64,000 bases of DNA. Origin: Lama glama (Eukaryota). The stretch's first letter is position 1. Every line of letters starts with the position of its first letter. Made by a program: the position numbers and the translations under genes. The notes beneath the pieces were generated by a model, which saw only the letters and a list, made by a program, of their open reading frames with translations, searched no databases and was not told the DNA's origin. Below, piece after piece: positions 52,026-64,000 of the stretch. Location of the stretch: NCBI GenBank assembly GCA_028534125.1, contig CM052816.1, positions 72,542,001 to 72,606,000 of the forward strand. The letters are read 5' to 3'.

Positions 52026-52419
52026 ATAACAGACTTTTAAAAAGTATTATGGAATGAACAGACAATGAATTAGTGTCCAACCAGAGTATACCACATTTAT
52101 TCTTAGCATTAGTAAACTCACATGAAGAAAGCTTTCTTTGCCTTCAGCAATGCCTGGCATCTCCCTGCTGCCACCTGCAAGTACATGCCCCAGCTGTTAC
52201 ATTTTCCTGCCCAATATACAAATGACTAAATGAAACTTCAGGGAGATGAAGCAGCATGAACCTGGTGACATAGATAGACAGTAAGAACTGGGCCAGGAGT
52301 TCAGCTCTTTGAATCACTCCAGTTCTTTCACCTAAAAAGAAACAAGGCTGACAGTATAAATAATTCTCCAAACCTGCAGGGAAACATTATGTTACACCTA
52401 ATTGTTTATTTTTTTCTCC

Positions 52420-54280
52420 CTTGTGAAGCCATCCCAAAGTAATATGAAAAAACACAAAGATGCACAGATGACTAGAAGAAAGAGGAGGAAGAAAAAAAGG
52501 GATCTCAGAACATTTTGGAAAATAGAAAGCTAATGGAGAAGTTTTTCTTCTTGCACAGTTCTTCATCGTTGAGCCATAGTAGAGTTCAGGACATGAAAGG
52601 ACCAGTTAAGAAATAGTTTCCAGGAAAACCAGGCTGAAACCAGGAGGATTAAATAAGGGTCTCCTTAGTGAAAAGAGAACTCTTAATCCTAACATTAGAA
52701 CACTCGTAGCTGGTCGGTTCTTCCCTGGCAGCAAACTGGGGAAGAATATTTCCAATGGGAGACATTTCAAGGTCTTCCAGTAAAAATTCTTTTTATTTAT
52801 TACCTAATGACCTTGCTAAAAGCCTCACCTATGTACATAGGGACTGTATGTATATTTTGGTATTAGATTGTGTGATATAATCTAAAAGCAAAAGATTACA
52901 AGACTTTTGAGAAAAGTCTTCATCAGAAAAGAGAAAAACTAACCAAACAGCAAAAGGAAGTCGAGAGATCAGAGAAGCATTTGGGATTAATGGGAAATTC
53001 AACATTATTTAAAGATACGCTAAAAATGATATCTTTTGGAAAATATTTTATCTGCACAATAAAGACAATGTGCTATGAAAGTTTACCCAGGATGTAGTAA
53101 GTTGATACAGAAAGTCTAGGGAGCCCTTAGAATTAAAGCAAAAAGTAGAAAAAGAATAGAAAACATAAGCAAAATAAAGGATAATTTATAAGGTCCAATT
53201 CCAAGTCTGTAAAAAGAGTTCCAGGATAAGAATATAGTATGAAAAATGGGTATACAGAATTAACAGAGAAATTTGAAACAAATTTTTCCAGATAGCAGGG
53301 AGTGAACTGTCTTTTCTGAGAAACTCAGCAGAGTGTTCAGTACCATAAAAGGAAAAACCCCACCAGAGGTCATCACACAGAAGCTTCAGAACACTACTGA
53401 CTCAGGAAAAACAAAAACAAAAAAACAAAAAAGTTTTCAAAGAGAAGGTTACATATCAGGAAGTGGGAAATACTGTAAGCTAAATGACAGTGTGACAAAG
53501 TCTACAAAGTTCTGAGGGAAAGCGACTTCTGAAAGAACTGTATACCCTGCCATAATATGACGATTAAATAAAGACATGCAGAGTTCAAGAACTCTGATAC
53601 TAACCACCCACATATCCTTTCTTACAAAGCTACTGGATGATGTGCTCCAGCAAAACAAGGAATTACACTAAATAACGTGAAACAGAAGATGAGATATGGG
53701 ATCCAACACAGAAGAACTTTGAAAGAGTACTCTTGAGTAGCTAGTCTTGAAGGAAATCAGTCTAGACAGAGGCTCTGGAGAAGGGCCTTCAACATCAGCA
53801 TTTGAAAAGTACTTTAATAGGTGTTGCACAGATCATCTGGAACCAGATATCTACAACTTTCATATAAATATCTATTACATTGACTACACGAATAAACAAA
53901 AGACCTTTATCAACTGCAGAATGATTTGCAGGTGTATAAAAAAAGAAAAAAAAACAATTGGCTCAGCAGGGAATAACACCTGATCCTAATAATGTAAACA
54001 AAGTTGACTGATTGAAGCAAAGATTATTGTCCAGTTATTCTGGGAGGACAGGGGAAAGGTAGAGGAAGGTTGGGTATTCTCAAAAGCTAAATCCTCATCT
54101 GCCATAGTTGGAACTTAGTAGGGTTTAAAGTTGATGTATCAATTTCCTTTTGAAATATGAGTTAAACGTCAAAAGAAACAATTAGGGTGTTTGAATTAAG
54201 GAAGTGGGTGTGTAGAGTGAAAGGAATGGAGCAAAGCTTATGTGTTCTTGTAATCCTTCAATACTATTTTACTTTTTTAA
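52420..54280 (+). mobile_element. HAL1 / old L1 ORF1-like remnant
   Basis: A-rich sense strand with CTTTCTTACAAAGCTACTGGATGATGTGCTCCAGCAAAACAAGG, a HAL1-type motif. Confidence 0.55.
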
Positions 54281-54309
54281 AACAGACTATGTTTTGAGGT
54301 GACTTATTG

Positions 54310-54540
54310 TTTTGTTAGGAACACAGACTCTGGAGCAAGGCTCTTTGGGTTAAAATCCCAGTATCGGGCCTCAGTTTCCTCAATTATAAAATAGAGAAAA
54401 TAATTTAGATACAAATCTTATTGGGTTGTGGGGAAGATACATATTTTATATCTGTATTATGAGTATATAGTGTCTAGATATGTAGTGCTTAGAAATTATG
54501 GTCTGCTTCTTAATGCTATGTAAGTGTTAGCTGTTATTGT
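54310..54540 (+). mobile_element. MIR SINE
   Basis: CAGACTCTGGAGC, GGGCCTCAGTTTCCTCAATTATAAAATAG and GTAAGTGTTAGCTGTTATT. Confidence 0.75.
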
Positions 54541-55049
54541 GAAAGTAAAATTGAAACAGAAGTAAGAGTGTGAACTATTTGAGAAAGAAAAATATCCTCT
54601 AAGTACACACTTGACAGTCTTCAGAATTCCTTAAGCAGCTGTGTCTGTGAAGGCTGGGCCCTGTAAGTGATGTGCTGTTCTGCTTTCTTTTTATCCTCAG
54701 GGAAGTCTGGGCAGCAGAAACCCTGCTGTGCCTCAGCAGATTTTGTGGGTGCTCTAGGAAATAAGTTCACTCTTGAGGCAATAAGCACTGGAAAACTTCT
54801 AATACATCTTCTATCTGCAAGATTTTCCAGATACAACAGTATCTGCTGTTGTTGACCATTTAGAAATAGCTTTTAGGAAAATTCTAATGGCATTGAGTTG
54901 CATATATTCTTGCCCATTAATCTTTATTTTCTTCAGAAAATGGCAAAAACCATTTGGGATCTCATTTCAAATCAGATAATATTATATTTGAGCCAAATAA
55001 GATGATTCATAACTTGCCAGATTCTTTCATTTTCCTTTTTGTGGTCAGT

Positions 55050-55292
55050 ATTTTTTCCCCCATTGGAGCATAATTGACTTACAATGTTGTATTAGTTTCA
55101 GGTGTACCGCATAGGGAGTCGATATTTTTATACATTATGAAATAATCACTGTGATCAGTCTAGTTAGCATCTATCACTATACAAAGTTGTTATGATATTA
55201 ATGATTATATTCCCTATGCTGTATGCTACATTCCCTGTGACATTTTAATTTTATACTTGGAAGTTTGTACTTCTCCATCCCCAACATCTATT
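55050..55292 (-). mobile_element. L1 3' end (L1MA9/L1_Art-like)
   Basis: T-run plus ATTGGAGCATAATTGACTTACAATGTTGTATTAGTTTCAGGTGTAC...TATATTCCCTATGCTGTA...GGAAGTTTGTAC. Confidence 0.78.
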
Positions 55293-57499
55293 TATTATTT
55301 ATTGTCAAATTTAATAATCTATTAAAAATGGTTGTTTAGAAATGCAATTGAAGAACAGATCTTTTTTTTATGTCATTTTAGAGCAGCTGTCATATATTGA
55401 CCTTGGAATGTGTTAGCCTTGTTATTTTTTAAAAAGAAAATATACCTTACTAAAAACCATACAATCTTGGTTATTTGAGAGATATGAGCAGAGGCTGAGA
55501 AAATGAATGTTGAAGATTTTATGAGTAATACTTCTAAGGAGAATGAGTATTCCTTATTTTTTCTGTAGAAGAGTCATTCATTGTTGAAATACTTATTTTT
55601 AAAAAGGTTCTTTGTTCTGAGCAGTAACTTTGGTGTTGGTGTTGAATAACCATGTAAGTGAATTAGGACGAAGATTAGAAATAGATATATTGTCTGGGAT
55701 TCAGATGTACTTTTAAAAATATATAAAGCAGCAGAAATATGTGCTAAAACCACTTAGTTATGGTTGTGTATGTATTGAGTAATATAGATAACCCCAGAAT
55801 TCTATTTGTTGTGATTACTGATTCTACTAATCATTCATGACTGTCCATTTCTGTCAGTGACACTTAGGCTTCCAGGCCTAGAGAACATCCTAAGAATCAA
55901 ATGAAAGCTGTCGATTTTCTGCCTGGGAAAGTGCTTCTATTCACAAAATTTCTGTCTGTGATTTCAAGAGGTTTGTGGTTCCCTTGAAGTACATTTATTT
56001 TTGGACTCCACCTTAAGACTTCTTGAACTATCCAGTATTTTTACACAGGAATATGACACTAAAAACAATGCATGGAAGACCCAGAGAGAAATAGTTTTGC
56101 TTCGGTCTTTAAGAATTAGAGCTGTAGCTAGAAAGACTTGCTTGGGAGGGAGAGAATTCCATTAATCGAGTTAGTTCAATTTTGAAACTATGATTGTGGA
56201 TATATAATAAAAATGCCACAGACAACAAAAACCAAGAATATAAACTATATATAATGAGTTATACAATAAAGAGTATTAATCAATTAAAATAATTGAGTAA
56301 AATCCATTGTTATCAGATTGCAACAAAATTAAATCCAAATAGATTTAAATTAATAAAAGGTAAAAATAACTTTAATCAGAGTTCCTAGAAGAAAATTAGT
56401 GAATTGTTTAATAATATTGCTATGGGGGAGAGCGTTCCATCAGGTGACCCCAAAGACTATGTAAATTGTTGCTACCTTTCTAAAGGTCAGTTTGACCCAA
56501 TAGAAAAAGTTTTTGAAAATGTATAGGCTAGTACATTATTTTACAGGAAAAATATGACACATTTGTAAATACATGGACACAGGGATGATTCCTGTAATAT
56601 TCTTCATAGTAATAGAAAATCATAAACAAATAAAATGTGAGTAAAATTTCCACCCTGTCCTAAACCCCAGTTATCAGGTATGCCCTGTATCTCTGCCCTG
56701 ACTTTTCTTCATAGAATTTCTCACCATTTCTTATATTAAATGTTTTGTTTACCTCATTTGATTACCTCTCCTCATCTATAATTTAAGCCTCACTTAGGGT
56801 GAGAATTTTTTTTGTATTGTTTTAACCATTTTCCCTCCAGACTAGATGTGTGCATGACGCAAAGTATGCACATAATAAATATGAATGAGTGAAGAAACTT
56901 AAGAACATGAGGCTTAGTCTTGGTTTTTGTACACAATTTCCCCTGCATTTTCTACAAAAAAACTGAATATTTTAATTTACTGTGGATAGCTTAATCTGAT
57001 ATACAGAAACATGTTTTTAGAAAGATTTTATGCTATTTAAAATAATATACAGGCGTACTTGTATTAATTCTATTTACAATAACGCTTGCTTTTATGTAGT
57101 TTCTAAAACATCTCTTGGGATGGCTTGTTTCACAACTAAACTAAATGTTATTGGCTTTGGAATCATTGGAATCAATGCTATCTTCATCAAAATAGAGTTG
57201 AAAATATATTTCTTTCGGCAATGACATTAATAAAGAATAACAGTTTACTCTCTTGTATTCTTGTATGTATCATCCTTTTTTTTTTTTTTTTTGCCAGATT
57301 GCACTGCTTGGTATAATAGTGAACATTTTGTTTCAAGCCCTATTGTATAGGAATGGAAAATCAACACTGTTTCTATAGGTATAATTAATAAAATATTGAG
57401 TCAGTGTTTTGAAAGAGGATTAATTTTGAATTTTAACTCTGTGGTAAGCAGGTTCTTTTATTGTGTTCACTATAAAGATCAAAAATTTTAACCAACATT

Positions 57500-58850
57500 T
57501 TTCTGAGTAAGCACTACTAAATTGGTTCTTATGTAGTTAATGGAAGGATATCATAGCCCTCAATACAAGAACATTTAGGTTGGCATAATTTTCAAAAGGA
57601 AAGGGAACTGAGTCTAAGAAGAAAGCAGTAGTTTGGTTTTTGGACATAAGAACAGAGCAAATGGGTAGAAAAACCAAAAATACCCTGGACAACTGCTACA
57701 GCCAGACTATCCCCTTGAACCTGAAGGGTAAGTCCCAATTAGGAATCGACCTGTGACAACCACAAGACCTGTGTTTTGTGAACCTCCACATAGGTCAAAG
57801 GAAGGAAGTAATGGGAAGCAAGGTCATCTGATAGACCTGAGACAGGTGGACCTCCCATGTAACCAACTGGTATTTGTTGGAAGAGGAGCCAAAACTGACA
57901 TGGGATTTGCACAATCCAGTAGCAGGAGGTCTGCAGTCATTTTGGGGGCAGGAAGTATATGTTAGGGGCCTGGAACAACTTAACATACCAGACAGTAGGG
58001 AAGCTGTCAAAGACTACCAAGGTAGTATAAAAAAATATATAGGTGTCAGCTTGAAGGAGCCAAGACGGGATTCAGGAAGCATAAGAATTTCAATGAATTC
58101 AAACTTATCAAGTGTTTAAACTTAAGTTCATAATAATATAAAAAATGATTATCTACTGAAACTCATAGGGACCCAACTCATTACCTTGAAACCTGGGAAA
58201 ACAAAAGGAAAGAATCAGGCATTTACCCTGCCTTTCCTATTTTATCTGGACCAATGTTTAACCTTTGTAGTGGAGGAAAAGAGTATCCTTATAAAATTAT
58301 TTAAAGTAATACATGAAAAGATAATAATATAATTAGAAAATCATGATTTTGCTATCCCCATTCAATGAATGATCTAGATACTAGTCAGCAGTAGGCACTC
58401 AAATACAGAGGGCGGAAGAACATGCTGAACTTGAACTTTGAGTATGTAATCAGCAAAATCTAGTGTTGGAGAACTGACTGGCCTGCCACCCAGGGTCTTC
58501 CACAGATAAACAGTAAGAAAAAAATGGGATGGAGGGGAATATGTCAATTAAGAGATGTTCTGAAAATGGAGGTTTCGGACAGAACAAACTGTACAATCTA
58601 GGGATGCACAATTGTGATGAAATTATGGTGAAATTTAAGGAAGCAAATACTATGAAAGTCAACAGAGCTGTTATTTTGGAGGGGGGATGGGGGCTGTGAT
58701 GGGGACTGTGTACATGAATGAGCTTCTTAGGTGGGTGGCAAAGTTCTAGTTCTCATCCTGGGTGGTGATTTCAAGGTTGTCTGGCTTATAAGAAATCACT
58801 GTTATCTCTAGTTTGCGGTATCTGTTTTATTTTACAATAAAAAGCAAAGA
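57500..58850 (+). mobile_element. L1MC-like 3' UTR
   Basis: GGGGCAGGAAGTATATG..GCCTGGAACAAC, GGAAAGAATCAGGCATTTACCCTGCCTTTCCTA and TCCTGGGTGGTGATTTCAAGG, ending TTTACAATAAAAAG. Confidence 0.65.
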
Positions 58851-60689
58851 AAAAAAGGGTATAGGTCTTAATTTCCAAAAAGAAAGATCAAGCTATAATG
58901 AAAAGAAATACAATATTACTATTTATCTCTGTGTTTTACTCATAGATCTGATTTGTATTTGCGAGAAAACTCTAATAATGCTAAGGCAAAGCAATGAGAT
59001 GCCACTTTATGGTGGGGAAATGACTCGTATAATCTCAGAAAAATCAGAACCTTAATTCTTTTAACTTGATTTGAGGAGATATACAACCTCTTTGAAGCTA
59101 ATCTGTAAAATTTGAGAAAATCATGTCTATCCCCTTAAGAGATAATAAGATAGTATATGAAAAGTCTCACACGTATCCAATAAGTAATGAATATTAAATT
59201 CCCTTTTCACTTTTTTTGTTATCCTGTTAATGGTATGTAAGTACAAATAAATAAGTAATAGTGGTTTTTCTAAAACCCATGAGATACTCATAAACTCGCT
59301 CATTCAGTACACATTGAGTGCTGAGTATGTTTTCAGGGACTATTAGATGCTTTAGATATAAAAAAGAATAAAACCAAGTCACAGCCTTTTAGAGGTTTTT
59401 TTGTCTAGTAAAGGAGACAGGCACAAAAGAAAGTAGCTTTAATGGAAGGAAAGAATACTGATAAGAAACTTGTATAAAATTGTACCACTAGAGAAAATCA
59501 TGATGCATTAATTCTATAATATTTAATCATCAGCTAAATTTTAGAATTTATTTCTCAGATTTTTTTCCACAAACCATTACAAATAATCAATGCTTTTGCA
59601 AGTAATTTTTTTTTTCCCTAAAAAAGCAGTACCTCTGCTGGGGGAAAATTCTCTTGGATTTTTAACATTTAAATCTTTATAGTCCATTGTTACACTATTG
59701 TGATTACCAGAAAGCATGAAGTATTTTCAGGCTTGTTTCAAAAGGCAAGTTGAGAATTACCTCAAAATTGTGTATTTAAAAGAAAGAACAATCCACTGGA
59801 AAATGGCAAAGGGATTTATTTACTGATTGAAATGTGGACTGCCTCTGTATCTCTTTCCGATGTAGAATAAATGTAATGTATATTCCTTCTGTATTAACAA
59901 ATCATGTTGGAAGGAGAGAGAAAAGCTCTTAACCTACTTTCCTATCTTCAGTTTTTAACTTTATCATGCTTGTTAATTGCCTGGGTGTCCTTTAACCATC
60001 TATTTCCATGATTCTTTCCCAGAGGCTTGGTTTAATTTTAAAAGTGCAGTGTACTCAGCCCTAATTATGTGAGAGCTCACTGTAGGCAAACAGCAAGAGA
60101 TAGTAATGACCAAAGTGTCTTCTTAAATCAGTGCCAGGATACCACAAGCACAATGCTGTAAACATTTCATGACTAGGAAATACAACTATATAAGGTAATA
60201 CTTAGATGCAAGTGATATTTGAAAATAGGATTCCTTCCTTAGAAACATGACTTTACTAGGTGTGATTTTTAAAATATACAATTTTTGTAATTTTACACAT
60301 TTTATTTCTCTTATCAAGTGTTTAAACAAGCTGAATACTCACAGTCTCAACTTCTTTTCATAATCAGTAACTAGACATGAAGTGGTTCTACTTTATCTGA
60401 ATTGGAATATAAGTTCACAGAATATGCAGTCTGTGTGCCTAGAAATACTGTCCCTTGTTTTCTTTGAAAAGCATGCTACTCTTTTGACTTAAATGTCCGT
60501 AGTAAATCAAGAAATCAAGCATTATCTGTCACTGTTATTTTTACGTTAATTTAGTGGGAGAAAGAATTACTGTTGAAATGTTTTAGCTGGCCATATATGG
60601 TAAAATCAAGAGCCAGTGGTTTATTCCACAAAGGATGGTCAAAATGCAGGACTGCCTGCTGAGTTCAAACTGTGTGCCAGACGCTCTTC

Positions 60690-60870
60690 TAAGTGCCTTT
60701 ATTTATGTTGTCTCACTGAGTCCTTGGAGCAACTCTGCAACAGGACTATTTGCGTCAAACTAGAGCTTAGGAAACCAGATGATGGAGAGGTTAAGGAATC
60801 AGACAGCTTCTCAGTGGGAGAAGCTGGGGTCTGAACCCAGGGTTCTGTGTGAGAGCCCACACAGAACTTT
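60690..60870 (-). mobile_element. MIR SINE (degraded)
   Basis: TCTCACTGAGTCCT..CAACTCTGC, GAGAGGTTAAG and GCTGGGGTCTGAACCCAGG. Confidence 0.55.
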
Positions 60871-62329
60871 TCCCAGAGGAAGTCAGTCATATCCTGATCG
60901 AGTGTTTTTCTGACTTTATGAAAAATGTACTCTTGGAATTTATATATTCTTTTCCAGGCTGTAAGAATCTTATTTAGCTGATCATATTGAGTAGGAAATG
61001 CTGCCCCATTAGCCAAATATTGGCTGCAGTGTTTTGAGAGCTTCATTTCTGGTTCATTATGTTGGATTGGAGTCTATGAGTCGAAACCTAATTATTTCAA
61101 ATGTTCATTTGTTTTTCTATAAAGCTAAATATTTGACAGTAAAGAGTTAAGGGTAAATCCTGAAAATTGGAATGTTCTTATTCAAGCAGGCAAATAAAAT
61201 AGAAATGAAACTATAATGACTTCTTTTGACTCTACTTAAGTTTAGTACTCCAGAACGTATAAGAACCAGTGAAAACAATTCTAATCCTAAAAATACTTTT
61301 GATTTCCTTTCATTATGTTTTCCTGCATTCTTGTAACTGACAGTGCTTACATACCAAAACGAGCAGACTATACAAATGAAAATAGCAATGAAGAGCTATA
61401 CTACTCAAAACGAAGGCATTGGGAGATATTTGGAAATAGAAAGAAGCTATAAAACTTGAGCTACAGATATTATTGAAGAGAGATAGTTATCACACAAAAA
61501 GTTCAGTGTTTGCCATTAGATTGCAATCTGCCACCATATAAACTTTATATATTGGATAGCTTATAAATTGTAATTCTTTAAAATAATGGATTACAATTGC
61601 TTGGGAAAATTTAAGAGGGTTTTTGTTAGACTTAGAATATACTGAAAAAAGGCAACTAAGAAAGGCAAGAAACTGTGTAAGGTTTTATGTGGCAGATGCC
61701 TAAGAAATTCCCCCAAACTATTGTCCTACTGTGCTTCTGAGATCATTCCCTCTGGTTTCTTAAGGTACAATAACAGGATGATACATCTAATGGAATCACT
61801 GCTTCCAAAGATAATTATTTCATAACTCACCATTACTTACTGGGACTGTGGAGCAGCAGAAATAACCTGAGAACCTAAATTCCAAACAGAATTAGGAAGA
61901 ATAAACACAAAGATATTGGAGAAAGGAAATACCCTTCTGAAACTTATCAGTTTAAAAAACAAAATTAATTTTAAATCCTTAGAAAAATAAGATGGCTAAC
62001 ATTATCACCAATCTTCAAGATCAGAATTTCCTGGATAATAATGGGTAATTAGAAAATGTATTTCATCATTTCTCCTCCCTAACTTAAGTAAATTTAAATT
62101 CTTTGTCTGTAAGAAACATGCTTAAAGCACTTTAGACAACACAACACAAAACAAACCCTTGGCTCTTGGTGGTTTTTGCTACTTTCATAGTTTACAAACT
62201 TCTGTAAAGATAAATTTATATTCACTTTCTCTCCCTTGTTTATCATTACACCTAAACCCTACATTACCTGACTTTCCATTTGAGTAATATCCTGGAAAAA
62301 ACCAACCAACGAATCAAATAACACATCTT

Positions 62330-63060
62330 ACAAATATCATTTAACTTGCTTGTTTCTAAATTTAGTAAACACTTTCCAGACCTTATTTAACTGACCCTTA
62401 TTGGTACTTGACGCTCGTTCTTGACTTCTCTGTCCCTCCCCTCCTTTGGTTATCTTCCTGCATCTCTGCCCACTGCTTCTGAAAGTCCCTGTCAAGCTCT
62501 AACTCTTTGACCATTAGCTTAAATGTTGATTCTCAAAGTCTAGCTTCAAGGCCTCTTCTCTCCTCTGTACGCATGCTCCTTGGGAAACGTCATCCATTGC
62601 CATGTGCTGAACTACCACTGCCTATATGCTAATGATTCTCTGATGTGTTCCAGCCCACAGTATATTCCTTAGCATCAGACCACATATCCAATGGCCTTTT
62701 TAATTTATTGTGTTACCTTTGACCTGATGGCCAAAACTGTTCCTCATCTTATCTTTCCTTAAGGATGGAGTGATTAACATTCCTACTTATCCGTAAATCT
62801 CAGTATTATCCTAGTTTCCTTCTTGTTCTTCCCTGGCACTCAGGCTTTGGTGCACAGGTGTGTACATGGGCATGTATACACCACACACACACACACACAC
62901 ACGCACCAGACTTACTGTGCCTTACTCATTCTACCTCTTAAATAGCTCCTGAATCTGTCTCCGTCTCTCTACCATCACTGCCATGGATCGGGTCCTCTTC
63001 TCTCTTATTTTTCTGTTATGACTGGTCATTGGTTTTTAGTGTGGCTCCACTTCTGTCCTC
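62330..63060 (+). mobile_element. L2 fragment with internal (CA)10 at 62882-62901
   Basis: CCTCTTCTCTCCTCT..., CATCCATTGCCATG, CAGACCACATATCCAATGGCC and TTCTACCTCTTAAATAGCTCCTGAATCTG. Confidence 0.65.
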
Positions 63061-63359
63061 CAAACCAACACTATGTTGTGCCTACCACATTTTGGTTGTT
63101 TGTGAGCATACATACAATGGTCTATCGTGTGTCTGTATTTTTTTCACATTTCCCCAACTATTTAATATGTGTTTAAGGACAAAACCAAAATTAAAAGCTA
63201 AATAGAGAGCTTGATCTAGTTATCTATTCTTTGGAGTTAGGCAGAGAAATAGTGCTGGGTTACAGAATTAAACTAGAGATAATAAACCAGAGCCAGATAA
63301 TTTGTAATGAAATTCAAGAGGCAGGGCTCTGGAGAAATTTCTCTGAAACTCCACAGCTA

Positions 63360-63700
63360 TGCAATTCAATTTAATATGGATTTACTAATCACCTACTGTG
63401 TACCAGCCACGAAGCTTGACCCAGGATAGAGCACTGATGAAGGCAGACATGACTTGTTTTTTTCTGAGCTTACAGTCTTGTGTGAAAGACATGCATTAAG
63501 TGAGTAATGAGAGATGATCACTGTAAAAAGGAAAACTTCGGGGTCATATATGGAAGGATGGGGCTAGGGGTTTACTCTAATCCAGGGGGTTAGGAAAAGC
63601 CTCCGTGAAAATATGACAGTCGAACTTAGAATTTGAAGACAAAAAGGAACTAGTGAGGTAAACTGGTAGTTTCAGATGTGAATGAGACTAGAACTACAAA
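63360..63700 (-). mobile_element. L2 3' fragment
   Basis: ATTTACTAATCACCTACTGTGTACCAG...GAGCTTACAGTCT...TAGGAAAAGCCTCCGTGAA. Confidence 0.65.
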
Positions 63701-64000
63701 CATGATAAATAACTCTTGTAAAGAAGCAACTGCTGATAACATTTGAGTTGTTTTCTACCAGTATTAATTGGGTAGATAAGATAGGCTGATGATAGATAGA
63801 TAGATAGGTAGGTAGACAATAGTTATGTCTCTTAAGGAAAACACTGCATATTTATTTTTTATAATGTGTCATTATAGCCTTTGCCCAGTTACCCTCTGGC
63901 ATTGATTGTATTTGAAAATACTCCCATTCAAGGCTAAGGTTTCCCACAAATCTTTCAACACATAAATGTCCATTCTTTTAGTCTGTATTCTTTTAAAATT

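Noticed and set aside
62330..63700. Oppositely oriented L2 fragments in intron 1 as a possible dsRNA hairpin
   Set aside because: Highly diverged and apparently from different consensus regions; no extended complementarity seen.

Overview
AT-rich, repeat-dense mammalian genomic DNA. A young L1 3' end and the lack of recognisable Alu, B1, Bov-tA or PRE1 SINEs tentatively suggest a cetartiodactyl, possibly a camelid. The window holds the CpG-island promoter and first coding exon of HCN1 (+ strand, ATG 44504, splice donor after 44916). About 19 kb of intron 1 follows, with a strong RE1/NRSE (REST) site at 46198-46218. Roughly 9 kb upstream and head-to-head lies a young processed retrocopy of ZDHHC4 (- strand, ~34583-35710), inserted into an old L2 element. 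The retrocopy is unusual in three ways: it keeps an open 195-codon frame with a complete DHHC cysteine-rich domain, it appears to record a non-canonical splice isoform, and it carries a branch point, polypyrimidine tract and AG acceptor at its 5' end. A minus-strand TATA box and a candidate donor at the upstream edge of the HCN1 promoter point towards that acceptor. This suggests, unproven, a divergent spliced transcript from the HCN1 promoter into the retrocopy. The rest is ancient L1/L2/MIR/LTR/Tigger debris and microsatellites, including a twin-primed inverted L1 insertion. Repeat subfamily names and comparisons with human or mouse sequences come from recalled consensus and reference sequences, not from a database search.
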